A DNA stretch of 63,031 nucleotides, the filler included, from Asterionella formosa (Eukaryota), in NCBI GenBank assembly GCA_002256025.1. It is 21 parts of 21 records of this genome, joined end to end, with 100 filler letters (N's around TTAATTAATTAA, not from the genome) between each part and the next. Parts side by side here need not be neighbours in the genome. Positions count along the whole stretch, not along the records: positions 1 to 1,684 come from NKIB01001501.1; positions 1,785 to 3,467 come from NKIB01001502.1; positions 3,568 to 30,976 come from NKIB01001503.1; 18 more parts are not named here. One strand, written 5' to 3'. This document shows, piece by piece, positions 1 to 11,234 of this stretch. Positions within the stretch are counted from its first letter, which is position 1, and each line of letters begins with the position of its first letter. The notes beneath the pieces are model-generated. The model was not told the DNA's origin, ran no database searches, and saw only the letters and a list, made by a program, of their open reading frames with translations. Made by a program: the position numbers and the translations under genes.

Positions 1-545
1 AGCAGGCATAGGCCACAAACTTCGCCTTCCAAACATGCCACTTGGCATCGGTACCATCAAATGTTGGCAACCGCACTCCTGACGATTCGTCGTCAATTCC
101 CATCTTGAGTACCCTTTCAAACCTATCCGCTTTAAAGCGTGTTGAAATAGTCCGTACTCCTTCCCGCGGGTTGGGTCTCTCTTCACGTAGACTCTTACGT
201 GATCGTAGTACTACCTAGTACCACTTACTTTCTCTCTTGTCTCTGCTTCTAGCCTTCCTGCTAGATAGACTAATTGACCTTACTGTCAATTAACACACTG
301 TTTCCTCGGTTGATAATCTAAATCTCAAATTAAATTATAAGCTAAACTAAATGTTTCCTTTCCATGCATCTTTGCTTCCTGCAAAGTCATTCTAAGACTC
401 TCTTCGAGTTTCCACTTAACATTTCCTCAGAAATCTTCAATCTCTGATCTCGTTAGACAGCTGATTGATGTGGTAATGCAATATTCGACTCGTTCGATTA
501 CAATCGAGTCCACAATCCTTGTGACTCGGGCTACTATTCTTGACA
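1..545 (-). mobile_element. 5' end of a Copia LTR retrotransposon: 5' LTR (140-545) plus gag start (103..1)
   Basis: Minus-strand ATG at 103 reads MGIDDESSGVRLPTFDGTDAKWHVWKAKFVAYAC, clearly homologous to the gag start at 10807 (MGSDEDTSVRLPTFDGQDAKWHMWKAKFLAYAC). Segment 140-545 is bounded by TGTTGAA...TTCTTGACA, like the LTRs at 6238 and 10852, and shares internal blocks with them. Confidence 0.88.
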
Positions 546-1531
546 CAACAGGCCTTGTGACCTCGCCTACACCTACTCGTGCAGGTACACGTCAGCAATC
601 ATCCGCAGCACGCACGCTTATTTTGGATGACGACACGAATGAAAACCTCCAAGAGCACGAACCTAACGAGGAAGCACATTCAACAAGCCTAGCTTCCGAC
701 CCACTGGAACCCAAGAGCTACAAGCAGGCACTACTAAGTAACGAAAAAGACGAATGGACCAAGGCAATCAAAGCTGAAATTGAAAACTTCTACTCCCGCA
801 AAGTGTGGAAGCTACATCCTCGTAAGAATCTAAAGGGACGAAAGCCACTTGGAGCAAAATGGGTATTTAAAAAGAAGAATGAGCACGACAACACTACGCG
901 CTACAAGGGCCACATCGTGGTAAAAGGCTACGTGCAGATACCAGGTGTCGACTTCACAGACTCATTTGCACCTGTTGTTACGGATACAGGCCTACGTATT
1001 GTGTTTGCGCTCACCCTACACAGAAAAGATTTTGTGTGTGAAGTTGTGGACATCGAAGCGGCATTCCTCGAAGCCGACCTCGACGAAGAAATCTACAAAG
1101 AATGGCCAGATGGAATCGCTGACTTCCACTACGAAAAGAAACGACTATGACTGACAACTGCATCCGACTGGATAAGGCAATGTACGGCACGGTACAAGCT
1201 GCACGGCAATGGTTCAAGAAACTCCGAGAATGCCTACTTGATATGGGACTCAAGCAAAGCCGTGTCGACCCCTGCGTGTTCTACGAAAAACGAGAAGGCA
1301 TCCTTACCCTACTGCTATGCACCTACGTCGATGACCTTGCAGTAACCGGCACTCAAGCCGACGTCAACAAGTTCAAGTTGGCACTGAAACAATACTTCAA
1401 CGTTGAAGAGCTTGGCCAGCTACGAAAGCATCTAGGAGTATGGTACGAATGGGGCGAAGACGAGAACGGACGCTATCTACAGTCCGAAATGGAGGACTTT
1501 GTCAAAGATATGATTAATGACTACACGACTA
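546..1531 (+). pseudogene. Copia pol fragment, reverse transcriptase (RVT_2), frameshifted and truncated
   Basis: ORFs 470-1150 and 1147-1605 carry EPKSYKQAL, KWVFKKK, VVKGYVQIPGVDFTDSFAPV, DIEAAFLEADL, LDKAMYGTVQAARQW, DPCVF and YVDD. Frameshift near 1140; homology stops near 1530. Confidence 0.92.
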
Positions 1532-1684
1532 CCGTATACTTCATTGTCCTGGACCCCCCTGTACATTTTTTTCGAGGTGGCACCAAACACCCAATAATTT
1601 TCTAGACATAGACAAAGTAACGTGTTATAATTCTGATTTTTGTGGCGGAAATTGAATGACGCTACCATTATAAACTACCAGTAA

Positions 1685-1784
1685 NNNNNNNNNNNNNNNN
1701 NNNNNNNNNNNNNNNNNNNNNNNNNNNNTTAATTAATTAANNNNNNNNNNNNNNNNNNNNNNNNNNNNNNNNNNNNNNNNNNNN
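1685..1784. other. Artificial contig spacer (44 N + TTAATTAATTAA + 44 N); 20 copies in the window
   Basis: Identical 100-bp spacers start at 1685, 3468, 30977, 32760, 34543, 36315, 38098, 39880, 41662, 43444, 45226, 47008, 48790, 50572, 52352, 54133, 55913, 57693, 59473 and 61253. The core gives stops in all six frames. Confidence 0.99.
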
Positions 1785-2009
1785 AATATAGAAAAAGAAT
1801 GAGAGGAGGAGCAACTGTCAACGAATGAATTCGTAAAATTGTTTAGAAACAGCTGTTGCATATTTTAACATTCAATGCATGTCGCCGTAGTGAGTCAAAA
1901 TTGAGATGTGCTGCAATGTCCTTCTCCTTTTCGGAGCGGCTACAAACGGTATACAGCGATAACTCTAGCAAGTACAATATAGAAAAAGAAGGAAAGGATG
2001 AGCAGCTGT

Positions 2010-3467
2010 AAATTGGTGGAGAAAGGAGGTATGGAAGTTTTGTTGACACAGTACTTATGATCAGTCCACAAGCAACGAATATTTATTTCATATCCTGATG
2101 ACCAATTGAATCAATATATGATCATTCTGAGAATATCGATATTCGAAATGCCGGCAATGCTCTCGTGTACATCGAATACTATGCTGGATAGAAATCGGCC
2201 TTACATTGGTGGAGGAAGATGGTTTGGAATACTGGTCATGCAGCAGCCCACAAGAACTGAAATATTACACATCCTGATGACCAATTTGATCAATATATGT
2301 TCGTTCTGAGAATATCGATATTCGAAATGAAGGCACTAATCTTGTGTAAATAGAATACTTTGCTGGATAAAAATCGGCCTTATAATGAAGGAGAAAGATG
2401 GTTTGGAATTTTTGATGCCACAGCTCTGATGATAAGTCCACACGCATCCGAAAATTTACACATCCTCATGCCTCCAGTATTGATCAATATATGTTCGTTC
2501 AGATAATATCGATATTCGAAATGACGGCACTGATCTCGTGTACATAGAATACTATGCTGGATATAAATCGGCCTTATATTGGTGGAGAAAGATGGTTTTG
2601 AATGTTTGTAATGACAGCACTGATGTTCAGTCCACAGCAAGCACCAAGATTTTACAAACCTTCCCCATGACCAATTTGATCAATATATGTTCATTCTGAG
2701 AATATCGATATTCGAAATGCCGGCAATGCTCTCGTGTACATCGAATACTATGCTGGATAGAAATCGGCCTTACATTGGTGGAGGAAGATGGTTTGGAATT
2801 CTTGTTGCCACAGCACTGATGATCAGTCCACAAGCATCCGAAAATTTTACTCATCCTGATGCCTCCATTGATCAATATATGTTCACTCTGAGAATATCGA
2901 CATTGTCCATGACAACTTTGATCTCATTTACATCGAATACTTTGCTTGATAGAAATCGGTCTTAAATTGGTGGAGAAAGATGGCTGGTTTGGAATACTGG
3001 TCATGCAGCAGTCCACAAGAACCGAAATTGTACACATCCTGATGACCAATTTGATCAATATATGTCGGCATTGATCTCGTGTACATCGAATACTCTTCTA
3101 GATAGAAATCAGCCTTAAAATGGTGGAGCAAGATGGTTAGGAATTTTTGTTGCCACAGGAATTACAATCAGTCCACAAGCACCGAAAATTTTATTTCACA
3201 TCCTGATGAACAATTTGATCAAAATATGTTCGTTCTTAGTATATCGACATTCATTATGACGCCATTGATGTCGTGTTCATCGAATACTATGATTGATATA
3301 AATTAGAATTAAATTGGTGGAGAAAGATGATTTGGAATTTTTGTTGCCACAGCACTGATGATCAGTCCACAAGCATCCGAAAATTTACACATCCGGAGGC
3401 CTCCTTTGATCAATATACGTTCGTTCTGAGCATATGAACATTCGACACGACTGCATTGATTTTGTGT
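2010..3467. repeat. Degenerate tandem satellite, about 8 units of roughly 165-195 bp
   Basis: The block ATCAATATATG..TTC.GAGAATATCGA recurs near 2110, 2290, 2483, 2679, 2871, 3054, 3218 and 3409. TGGTGGAG.AAGATGG and CAGTCCACAAGCA recur in register. Confidence 0.9.
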
Positions 3468-3567
3468 NNNNNNNNNNNNNNNNNNNNNNNNNNNNNNNNN
3501 NNNNNNNNNNNTTAATTAATTAANNNNNNNNNNNNNNNNNNNNNNNNNNNNNNNNNNNNNNNNNNNN

Positions 3568-4414
3568 GCACCTCACACAAGCAAAGAGAGACTTACTCAC
3601 CAAGAAGGCTTTGTACCATCTTCCATTTGCAATTGAGAAGACAGATGTAGTTGGAATTGTTGCACATGCTTGGGAAAAAAGTTTTGCGAGATTACGCACA
3701 AACAAAAAAGCGGTAGCAGAGCGAGGCTGGGGACCTTTGAACTATAATTGTTTGTTGAATCCTGAAATACAGCTGACAAAATTTGGTGTTGTCCCATTGA
3801 ATAGAATCTCACACAGCAACAGAACCTCTATTACACCTGACCAGCTCAACCTGCGAGAAGGACTTTCAGGAACTCTTACAAATCAAATCGTTGAATACAT
3901 AAACAGAGAAGATGTGCGAAATGGTAATGATGCAGCAGAACATGCCAGGAAAAGAAAACAAACAGCACAAGCAGCAATCGACACACACAAACGAATGACC
4001 GCAGGACTGCACTTTGCTGTTGGAAACACTTGTCTAGGACCACCGCTTTTTGAGCATATGCTGGAAATCAAACGCCGGCATGAAATCCAGGAACAAAACA
4101 AGGAGCAGAAATTGAATCAACGGTTTTTTGAATTGTCACAGAAGGTACAGGCCATCAGAGAGACTGGAAAGGAAGCTGGAAGCTACAACGTAGCTGAACT
4201 GAAAACAATGGTGATATGGTACAAGCGCAATGGCGATGCGCCGCTTCCAATACCCAGACAGAACTTGTTGGCAAGATACTTGGAGACCTGTTGCCGTGGA
4301 GAAAAGCATTCTCCATATCCAATTCGGCCTCTTGATGTTGTGCTTGTGGGAGGGCAGGAGCTTAGTAGGGATGAGGGCGATATTGCAGTGGTGTTGATAG
4401 GCACAAGCATTTAA
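3568..4414 (+). mobile_element. C-terminal part of a probable pogo/Tc1-mariner-type (DDE_1-like) transposase, 5'-truncated at the contig edge
   Basis: IVAHAWEKSF...NKKAVAERGWGPLN resembles the post-catalytic AW...GF...G..P.N segment of DDE_1 transposases, followed by a charged helical tail. Confidence 0.5.
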
Positions 4415-4558
4415 TGTGGCTCAATGCATTTGTGTGTGATCGTGATATAAATATTGGATGCGAAAATTCTTATAAATAATTTTGCGAAAACCAAACAGGG
4501 TAATCCGTGATCATAATGGTATATAAAATTATATACAATTATAGATAAAAATTTAAGT

Positions 4559-4763
4559 ACTGCTGTGACCCATTACCAGCAAATTTTGTCCATATAAAAT
4601 GGTTCGTATCTCAGTACCTCGACCTTCAATGAGAATACCGACTGATCCGCAACCTGCTGACTCCTTTGGTTAACAAGACCTGGAAGTTTGATTCTCGCAA
4701 AGCATGGAATAGGTTTAGTCGAACTAATCAAACGAATAGGAGAACTCAGTGGGTCACAGCAGT
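4559..4763. repeat. 14-bp perfect inverted repeat pair bounding 205 bp (possible MITE or transposon end)
   Basis: ACTGCTGTGACCCA (4559-4572) and TGGGTCACAGCAGT (4750-4763); no clean TSD. Confidence 0.45.
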
Positions 4764-6237
4764 TCTTTACTGGTACCAGGTACCTGGTACCTCGTACCGG
4801 TATTGGTACTCAATAATATCATAGTAAGTCATAACTACTACCGTCCAGCATAATTCTCTGTTTATCTACCCGTCCATCAATGCTCCATGTCAGGTGCGTA
4901 TCAGGTACCTGGTACCTGGCACTGGTACATCCAATGCATCACATACCGACCTCAAGCTAAGCACGGTATGAACCATCAGAATCCGTCATCCGTTTTACAC
5001 TGTACAAAAGTATTGAATGCAGGGACGAGTCATTATTAGGTTTTCCCGCGCCTAAAGTTCCAAGAACTGAAAAGGAAGTTTAACTTCGTCAGTAGCCTTG
5101 TACCAACATTTGTCTGTAGGACGAGAAAATATTCTCAATCATTTCCTGAATTTTAGGTGCGGAATAACCTAAAATGACCCTCAGGGGCAATTAATTTAAC
5201 CTAAAATTCCCCAGCTTCTTATGTAGAATCGGATACATTCTTATGCATCTGATTTTGTGTCGATTTGGACAGCATCCAGTGCATATTATCGATGAAAATA
5301 ATTTATCATTGATAGAAATTTTTCTTGATTTGCTTCATATTTAGTCAAAAAATAATAATCACGAATTCCCAAAAAAGGCAATTGTGCATTTAGAAACACT
5401 TTTGTGCAAGGATGGTATTTTCTCTATTGTCCTGGCCACACCTGCCTTCCAATAATCTATGTTTGGATGAGCCTGCTCTTTCTCTATATTATCCGAAATT
5501 GCTGATGCTGATTGAGGTTGATTTCAGCAGTCTTCAATGGAGGGAGTAACAGCTTCATTTGAGTGCATCAATTTGGCTCTTTTGTTGAGTGATCCAACTT
5601 CAATATTAGTATCCATCACCTCTCTGTTCGAATTTGCCTTGAACCCCTTGATAGTCGCTTTGTGACGCTTTTATTTAAAAAAAAGCGAATTCACTGTTCT
5701 TGGGAAACAAAGGAGCAGCCAGGAGAACCATTCTCAGAAAAGAAAAATAGCAGGTTTTAATGGATGCTCTTGACTTAACAGTTTGCTTGGTGATTCTATT
5801 GGGATCACAGGACATTGAAGGGTATCACTTGTTCATCTATGTAATCCATGTTTGCGTATTTAATAGCATCCTGCTTCCAATGTTGTATTCTTGGTTCATG
5901 TAGTGAATGAGGAGGTCAGCCGGAATCCAGTGCCCAAGTACTAGTGACAACTCTGCCATCACCAACGAAAAATATCGTCCAAACAACTGAAGGTTTGATG
6001 TCATCTGTTTTCCGGTTTGGTTTCCAATTGGCACTATGATCACGGTCCTAACGCTATGTCGCCAAACACAAGGCACTGAAGGGAAACAAAGGGAACCAAC
6101 TGAGCGCAATCAACATGGTGATGGTTGTCACAACAAGAGATTCGTCGCGCAAAAAATGTAGCTATATTTTTAGAAATATGGTTAGTACCAGGCCAATGCG
6201 AGCTACTATATGTTCTTCTATCATGCACCCATCAGCA

Positions 6238-6631
6238 TGTTGAAAGGTCTCGTACTCCTTCCCGTCTGACGGGTTCCTCTTACGTAGGACTTTTCTGTTA
6301 TACCACTAGTATTGTTATCTTCTTTCTGCTGCTAGCCTTCGTGCTAGTTTTCGCTATTGACCTTACTCTGTCAATTCTCACTGTTTCTTAATTATAAGCT
6401 TAAACTAAAAACTAAGTTTCAATTCCATTCATCACACTTCGAGAACCTGTTCTTCGTGTTCCCTTTTCGTTGATGTAAACCTTCTTCTGTAAACCTTCTT
6501 CTGATTGATCTAAGACATCAATCTCGTTAGCAAGCTTCTTGACATGGGAACGCACCATTTGACTCATTGAACTATAGTCGAGTCCACAGTCCTTGTGACT
6601 CATTATAGCCATTGATGCTATATTCTTGACA
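6238..6631 (-). repeat. 3' LTR (394 bp), preceded on the minus strand by a short polypurine tract CGAGGAGGA (6640..6632)
   Basis: Direct repeat of 10852-11234 with about 11 substitutions, a 14-bp tandem duplication and a 3-bp indel. Confidence 0.95.
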
Positions 6632-9600
6632 TCCTCCTCGTTACCATGTTCAAGAAGTTCTAAAATTGTACCACTCAGTACAGGTCCAGATAACCTTGTA
6701 AAAATCTGCTCTTTGACATTCTTCGTCAAAATGTCTGCTGGATTGTTTTCTGATCTTAGAAAAACAATATGCAACTCACCCTCATCTATCATGTTCTTGA
6801 CATGATGAAACTTAATATCAATGTGTTTTGTTCTTGTTCCAAGTTGTTGATTCTTCGCTGTGAATATTGCACCTGTGTTATCCTCACGTAAAATGCTTGG
6901 TAGGATATTTTTGCCACTTGTCACTTCGTTTAGTAACATTGCAATAAATTTGATCTCTTGAGCACATTGCGACATCGCAACATATTCTACTTCTGTGCTT
7001 GACAACATAACGGATGACTGGCCCTTTGATTGCCAACTGATCAACGCACCACCAATGGTAACTAGAAAACCATAGTACTTTTCCGGCTTACCTTATTAGC
7101 GGCCCAGTCACTATCAACATAAGCAATAACCCGTAATTCCTTGGGTTTTCGAATCTTGATAACTCTGTCCAATTTTCTTGATAAGGATCCAACAACTCGT
7201 GAAATTCCATCCCAGTGTTCTTCGCCTGGACAGCTTAAATACGAAGATAATTCACGTACTGCATTAGCACAGTCCGGGGAATATTTCTTAGTAGACCATA
7301 ATAATTTCCCAACAATCTTGCAATATTCCGCCTCCATAATAGTTTCTCCATTATTGGCTCCTAATGTTTTTCCTGGTGCTCCTGCTGGTGTCACATAAGA
7401 CTTTATCTTCTTACCAGTAAGCATCTCATATTCCAGTAGCATTTCAGTACAAAATTTCTTCAGCTGTACTTCCCAGTATTCTCCAAATTTTTCATGCTTG
7501 CACATATATTCCACACCTAAGTGTTTTCGTAGGGGACCTTGTTCCGTGATATTAAAATCCTCCTTGACCATATTTTTTATGTAGTCGAGTGCATTCCTAG
7601 TACCACAAATAATTCCATCATCCGCGTAGTTTGCCAACAGCCCTTCAATTTTTCCATTGTTGTTACAAAGATAAACAACATTGGGTATATTTCGCTTTTC
7701 GTTATACCTGTCTTGCTGGTTATCACGTCCTCCTTAATATGGAAGACCCACCTTGTCTTAAGAGCTCTCTTGTTCACGTCATTTCTCTTAACTATTTTCC
7801 ACACTCCTCTTGCTTGGAAGTTTTCAAATTCTTTCTTTATAGCTTTCATCCACTCTTTGCGATCAGGTCTTGCCATTGCCATATCGTAACTATTTGGTAA
7901 ACCTGGGTCCGATGCAAGACTTGCATTGAATACGAAATTTACTTCAGTTTCCTTATTCGAAGAAGCTTCCTCCTCAATCACATTTGGTAATGAGGTGTCT
8001 GGAGTGAACTTAACACTCTTAGTTGGATTATACGATGAGTCCAACTTTTTCATTTCTCGTTCCAACTTTGCCTGTTTAGATAGGAGCGTAGTTGGGTATT
8101 TAGGCTTTGCTTGTTGCTTCACAGCCTTTCTCTTTTCTAGGTCAGAGATTTCATCACTCCTTGAGGTAGATTTTCCCTTTTAAGTGTCTGCGGTTGATTT
8201 ATCCTTGTTGTTGTCATCTTCCTCGTTGTCTGAAACTTCTGGTAGTAAATCTTCATTGTAGAAATCATCATCTAATCCATCATTATTGACTTCAGCTTCT
8301 GGTTGAACTGCTACTTTCTCTTTAGCATTGTCCTAGTAGATTTTTCCTAGTCCGTCGGTAGGTGCGTTTGTTCCATGCCACTCACTCCACTTAACATCGC
8401 ATGTATTGATTACGGTGTTAGTCTCATGATTATACATACAATACGTATCTTGGGAGTGGTCCTCCGAATAACCCAAAAAGACACACTTGAAAGAACGTTT
8501 GTCTAATTCCTTTATGCCGTGTCTTGCAGTAACCCAGCCTACGCACCCAAATTGCTTGTATAACTTGTAGGGCCTTCTTGGATTCATTTCGCCATAGAAA
8601 ATGTCGTCAGGACTTCTTTTAGTTACTGAGTTAACTGTGCTAATTGTAGCTGTATGTACCGCCTCTGCCCATAATAGCCCTTGGTACACATCTGTTAGTT
8701 TTGCACTTAGCATCATTGCTAGTGCCCTCTGTCGCACAATGACAAAACCGCGTTCCACTACACCATTGTGTTGTGGAGTGTGCGGGGCAGTAAATTCCAT
8801 TTTTATACCGCGATTTTCACATACCTTTCTCAATTGTTTAGTATTCTCGCCTGCGTCATCGCAACGGACATACTTTGTCTTGTGACCGGCTCCGGCTAAA
8901 CTTGATAGTAAAACTTCAATGACTGTTCCGATATCGCTCTTTTTTTGATGAAATAGCTCCAGTTCTTTCTTGTGTAGTCGTCCACTGCCGTGACCCAGTA
9001 CTGATTGTCTACAGCGGATTTCGCGTAGGGTCCGCTTATGTCCACAAACAGTCTCTCTCCAGGTACCAGGTACCAGGTACCAGGTACCGTCGATTTTTCT
9101 TGCGTTGTTTTTGGGACGGCTCGTGCTTTCGCTTTCGCTGCCGCACAGGATGCGCACACTGTCATGATGCCGCTCAACTTCCATCCAAATAATTTCGCCG
9201 TATCGTGCAAACATTTCTCGCCCACATGACCAAGCATCGCATGCGCTTCATTAACATCGACAATCACATACCGTAATTATTTTCAAACTCACCATTTTGA
9301 TTATTCCATTTGTTCTTTCCCTTGTTCGTTTTCTTTGCTTCAACTTTCGTCCAATCGTTTTCGTTGTAGTCGTCGATCGATTGTTGTGTAGCGTTATCTT
9401 GCAGTTACTCGACTTCCATCACCGTTTGCTTGATGATCGGATTACCTTCGACATGATACATTGCTCCGAGTTTTCGAGTTTTGTCTTTTGCAGGTCAGAA
9501 AGCCGCTCTTGTTTCGTATCGTCATCCTATCGTCCTCGAAGATCACTTGATTACCCTTGTCGATCATTCTAGAGACACTGATGATGTTCTGCTTGAACTC

Positions 9601-10851
9601 CGGTGCATAAAGCACATCGGTGAGTTTCAAGCATTTTCCTTCGTCCGTAGTCGTCAGGGTCACAGTACCAGAGACAGTTGATACTATCTCAGTTCCATTC
9701 CCTACCACGACCGTTTCACTCACTTGTTTCTTGTCTTCCATCATGCGCATGTCCGTGCAGATGTGAACGGTAGCACCGCTGTCTAACAACCAGCGATTTC
9801 TGACGTCACGAGCGAGGTTGACTTCCTCGTTGTAACTAATTTCGACGCACGTGGCGACGAACATTCCTTGCTGGGTAGATGTACCGGTAGTCAAGTTGTT
9901 CTCTCTGGGTTTTTTTATTCTTACATGCACTGTTACTAGTGCACTCACTTGCGTAGTGTCCCATGCGTTGGCAGTTGAAACACTTGATCGTTTTCCTCTT
10001 TTCTTTCTGCTCAGGAGTGAGCTCCTTCTTGTCGGCACTATTGCCCTTGCTGCGACAGTCAGTCGCCTTGTGGCCATACTTGCCACACTTACGACAGTCA
10101 CCTTTGAACTTCCCTTTCATGTAGAAGGCCTGTTCACTCTTGTTCTTATTAGTCGTTTTGACGTCATCCCGGACATATAGATCATAGTAGTCCCGGATGT
10201 CTGTCTTAATCTCTTCGACCGTTAGCGTGTTGCGCGCCAGGCCAAACCTTCCTACTACTACCAAACTCTTGTAGCTTTCAGGTAGGTTGTTGATCATGTG
10301 TGCCACATAGGCACCATCCGAAATGGCGGAGCTTGCATTGCCCAATCGTTCCTGGATACGATCCAACTCCACATACCAGCTGTCGGGGTTCTCGTTTTCC
10401 CCCAGAGTGCACTTTGTCCATTGGTGGGACAAGGCAATGACGTTTGCCATGTTGCCTGACTCATACGTAGAAATGAGCTTGTCCCATGCTTCTTTAGCAT
10501 TGCCATTAGGAAACTCGGCACTTCTTGCATTATTTACATGTCCGAATGGCCCACTCTGGCATGCCATTATCAGACTTGCGTAAGCAACTGTGTTGCTCCT
10601 TCGGATGCATCTCTCGTCAGCATCCGACAACACAATCGTATCGCCCTTTAGGTCTTTCTCTCCTCTTGGTAGTTCGTCACTGTTAAGTATTCCTTAAAAG
10701 TTCTTGTAGCACGCGTATGCAAGAAACTTCGCTTTCCACATGTGCCATTTAGCATCTTGCCCATCGAATGTCGGCAACCTCACTGACGTGTCTTCGTCAC
10801 TTCCCATTGTTCCTGAGTATCCTGTGGCCTTAAAAGGTGCGCTTTAAAGCA

Positions 10852-11234
10852 TGTTGAAAGGTCTTGTACTCCTTCCCGTCTGACGGGTTCCTCTTATGTA
10901 AGGCTTACCTGTTATACCACTACTAGTATTGTTATCTTCTTTCTGCTGCTAGCCTTCATGCTAGTTTTTGCTATTGACCTTACTCTGTCAATTCTCACTG
11001 TTTCTTAATTATAAGCTTAAACTAAAAACTAAGTTTCAATCCCATTCATCACACTTCGAGAACCTGTTCTTCGTGTTCCCTTTTCATTGATGTAAACCTT
11101 CTTCTGATTGATCTAAGACATCAATCTCGTTAGCAAGCTTCTTGACATGGGAACGCACCATTTGACTCATTGGACTATAGTCGAGTCCACAGTCCTTGTG
11201 ACTCATTATAGCCATTGATGCTATATTCTTGACA
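10852..11234 (-). repeat. 5' LTR (383 bp)
   Basis: Direct repeat of 6238-6631; lies 44 bp upstream of the gag ATG at 10807. Confidence 0.95.

Larger units (their letters stand above)
6238..11234 (-). mobile_element. Full-length, degenerate Ty1/Copia LTR retrotransposon (4997 bp)
   Basis: Two LTRs, TG...CA ends and TSD TCAGCA (6232-6237; 11235-11240). Domain order is gag (two CCHC knuckles, CRKCGKYGHKATDC and CFNCQRMGHYASEC), protease (LLDSGAT), GAG-pre-integrase (HAMLGH..CASC), integrase (VDISGP, VRCDDAGE, PQHNGVVER), RT (YADD), RNase H (YVDSDWA, SSTEVEY, EDNTGA, RTKHIDIKFH, NPADILTK). In-frame TAA at 10694-10696 and several frameshifts. Confidence 0.97.

Noticed and set aside
470..545. ORF-track start of the RT ORF at 470
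   Set aside because: The first 25 codons are the antisense of the inserted LTR, not part of pol.
1729..1740. TTAATTAATTAA recurring about every 1.78 kb, resembling a regularly spaced repeat array
   Set aside because: Artificial spacer between N runs. The spacing reflects contigs of near-equal, decreasing length (1683 to 1680 bp).
2106..3131. Several 60-92 aa ORFs with similar sequences
   Set aside because: Chance translations of satellite units; frames are not maintained between units.
4772..4791. CCAGGTA units as a telomeric repeat
   Set aside because: Arrays are short, mixed in orientation, palindromic and interstitial, unlike a strand-uniform telomere tract.
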